Shown here: piece after piece, positions 61,590 to 64,000 of the stretch
Layout: each line of letters opens with the position of its first letter
Numbering within the stretch: position 1 is the stretch's first letter
Source: Sphagnum compactum
Lineage: Eukaryota
Assembly (NCBI GenBank): GCA_965153455.1
Contig: OZ234493.1
Span: 30,866,213-30,930,212, forward strand
Direction of reading: 5' to 3'
DNA: 64,000 bases
Made by a program: the position numbers and the translations under genes
Notes under the pieces: generated by a model
What the model was told of the DNA's origin: nothing
Seen by the model: the letters and a program-made list of their open reading frames with translations, nothing else
Databases searched by the model: none

Positions 61590-63885
61590 GCAATGTTACC
61601 AACATTGTTGCATCTTACTATCCGGATATGAATCCAGATACTATCCGGATATGCATACATTCATACCTTATATTTAGTGTAGGTTTATTATCCGCCATTA
61701 TATGCATATGACACTTAACACCACAAGTACTAACCAATCTTTATGGGTATCTGAATGTTGTTATATGATATCAATATTCATATCCAGACCTTAGTGGTAT
61801 TTCATTTCCTGGATATGGATAGGTGCATTCTACATATATGGTAGAAGAGGTTACATGTAATCTATTTGGATAGATTAAGGTTTAAGGCGTCGGAGATACA
61901 AAGTGTTCGTTAGGGATTAGAGGCCACTTTAGATGATGAGCAACATAACTATCACTTTCAGACTTGACAAACTTGAGTGTGCCCAATGTTCAATGTGTTT
62001 GTGCGTTCTTTTGATGTTTGTTTTTTTCGTCATTACTTTGTTGAGCATTGTAGTCCTTGATTTTTTAATCTCTTTAGCATGTGATGAAACACGACATAAT
62101 TTTCTTGAGGATTTGGTGTTTCATATATGCAAGGGTTATAAGCCACTTTTCACTTGCGAAAATGTTTGGCTATAAAGGTTAATATTACATCAATGCCTTC
62201 GTGCTTTATTTCCTTCCCATTTTGCCTTGGTGGAAGAAATGATTCTTGTGATGGTAAGAAAAACTATGGACTTGCATGTGTTGCTTAATTTTACATTTGC
62301 AATAATTATGGCAACAAGTTTTGATCTTTGGATGTCCAAAGGTGGAGTGAACACTTTTGCCTTTGTAATAAATTATTTTAATGAATTATGAACCCCTATA
62401 CATGTTATTGTTGGTTTGTTTGAAGTGCATGACATAACATGGATTTCCATGGCTAGGTAGTTACAAGTTTTACTTGAAAAGTTTGATTTAATGCATCGTG
62501 CGGTTGCCTTTGTGAAAGATGGAGGCAATAACTTGATGTCTATAACAACATCACTACATTCTATTGTTGATTGTTAGCCTTTGAAACTCCAATGGGTTTA
62601 TAAGAGTTATTGTTTTGGTCATGTCATGTCCAAGGCATGCCAATATGCCACAAATGATGACAAGGTTGTTGTTGGTTTGAAACATGTAAGTGTGAAGAAT
62701 GTTTAAACAAGCTTGTAGAAGACAATCACATGGACAAAAAAATTAGAAAAGGGGAGGTTGGAGTGGAAAAATGCATGTGTTGAAAGTGGATTGTGGCATT
62801 GGAAAAAAAAAATTCCAGTGAAAACTAGATTTTCTAGTAAAATGATAATGTTTAAAAAGACATTGGAGTTCAAAAAGGCCAATGTCTTGTGCTATGGGCG
62901 ACAAAAGACAATGGTTTTATAGCAGTGAATTCTTAAGGTTGAGGTGTGCGCAACTATAGAAATAATCACAAGTGTTTTAGACCCTGTCATCAGAGCTTGT
63001 GTGATGAACCAATCACAAGGTCAGTAGTTGCTATCAGATGCCTTAACTACATTTATTGCACCAATAATTAGCATGGAAGTTGACTTTGAGCAAGTTTTTA
63101 ATGAGATTGAAAATTTAGATGAACTCCTTTTGCAACATAATATGTGATAGAAAGTTGTGAAGGTGCTCAAACCTTTCCTAATTTTTTTGAAATCTTATGA
63201 TGCAAATTAAATTCATAACATGCTTGCTATAATGTTGGATCTTCGATTCAAACATTTGCGTGTTGTGAAAAATTATGTGGGTAAAGGGAATGCAATTCAT
63301 TTTGCTTATGAATACGATGCAAAAGGTAGTCATTCCCCTTCATAGGATTTGCTTTCATCAATTAAACCTTATTATCCAGGGATGCAATGTTGATGCAATT
63401 TTGATGGACTGACCTAGTGGAGAGCTTAAAGAGGACATTAACATTTTGGTGTTGGAGCTTTTATTGAAAAGTTTTCATGTGCTCTTGTTATTGGGGAATT
63501 GTCTTTGTTTAAAAGATTGCCTGTACTCCAAGCGACATGCAATGATCCCCTTGCTTGGTGGCACATCAATGAAGGTCAATTTTCAAATGTTGCATTCTTG
63601 ACCAAACAAATTCTTGGCATTCCTGGGTCACAAATTGGAATAGAGAGAATGTTTAATTGTTAGGGTGTTGACATCTTTGTGGCATTGTTGTTTACAAGCA
63701 GAGAACCTTGATCGGATCATCACTATTGTGAAAAATTGGCCTAATGATTCACGCCTTATTTGTAAGAAGAAAGTGAATATGAAAGAATACATGAAAGTGG
63801 AAATACCATTGGCGGATGACAACTATAAATTGATTGAAGAAGCGGAACATTTCAAGGAGTTACATATATATGATGAAATTTGATG
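61590..63885 (+). mobile_element. Degenerate hAT-superfamily transposase element
   Basis: Broken frames encode TSFDLWMSKGG (first catalytic D region), FVKDGGNNL, CFGHVMSKACQYA, PVKTRFSSK, MLDLRFK, and hAT dimerisation domain DPLAWW...FSNVAFLTKQILGIPGSQIGIERMF...LQAENLDRIITIVKNW. atccggata subterminal-like repeats at 61620-61652. Confidence 0.88.
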
Positions 63886-64000
63886 GTTTGGTGTTATATA
63901 TATGGTTGGGTGATTTTGTGTGGGGGTGTGGTTGGGGTAGGGAACTTGTGCTAGAGTTGGGTAGAGTTCATCGTAGAATTGGGGTTCATTTCCCCCACAA

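Overview
Eukaryotic land-plant genomic DNA with GT-AG spliced genes separated by very AT-rich, decayed transposon DNA. The repeat content suggests a moss such as Sphagnum, but that is an inference. Six protein-coding genes can be reconstructed exon by exon: a 5'-truncated SOS1 Na+/H+ antiporter (+, 41-5007), SAR1 GTPase (-, 11501-13472), COP9 signalosome subunit CSN8 (-, 17475-19651), phosphatidylinositol 4-kinase beta (-, 22147-31053), ribosomal protein RPL35/uL29 (+, 46704-47371) and an RCD1/SRO-family PARP-like + RST protein (+, 54262-56751). There is also a probable spliced non-coding or pseudogenised transcription unit convergent on SOS1 (-, about 5.5-9.3 kb). The roughly 13.5 kb between the divergent PI4K-beta and RPL35 promoters holds two diverged, oppositely oriented pogo/Fot1-like (psq-HTH + DDE_1) transposon fossils bracketed by a TAAACRTG(C)n terminal motif, plus a MITE, a probable solo LTR and degenerate tandem repeats. 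A hAT transposase fossil ends the window. The most notable points are the SRO protein (exact 201-nt duplication inside its PARP-like domain, H-Y-R triad, no evident WWE), the pogo-like family with a repeat-containing N-terminal extension, and a mini-Helitron whose empty site is in the same window. I see no clear-cut new biological system; these are leads.
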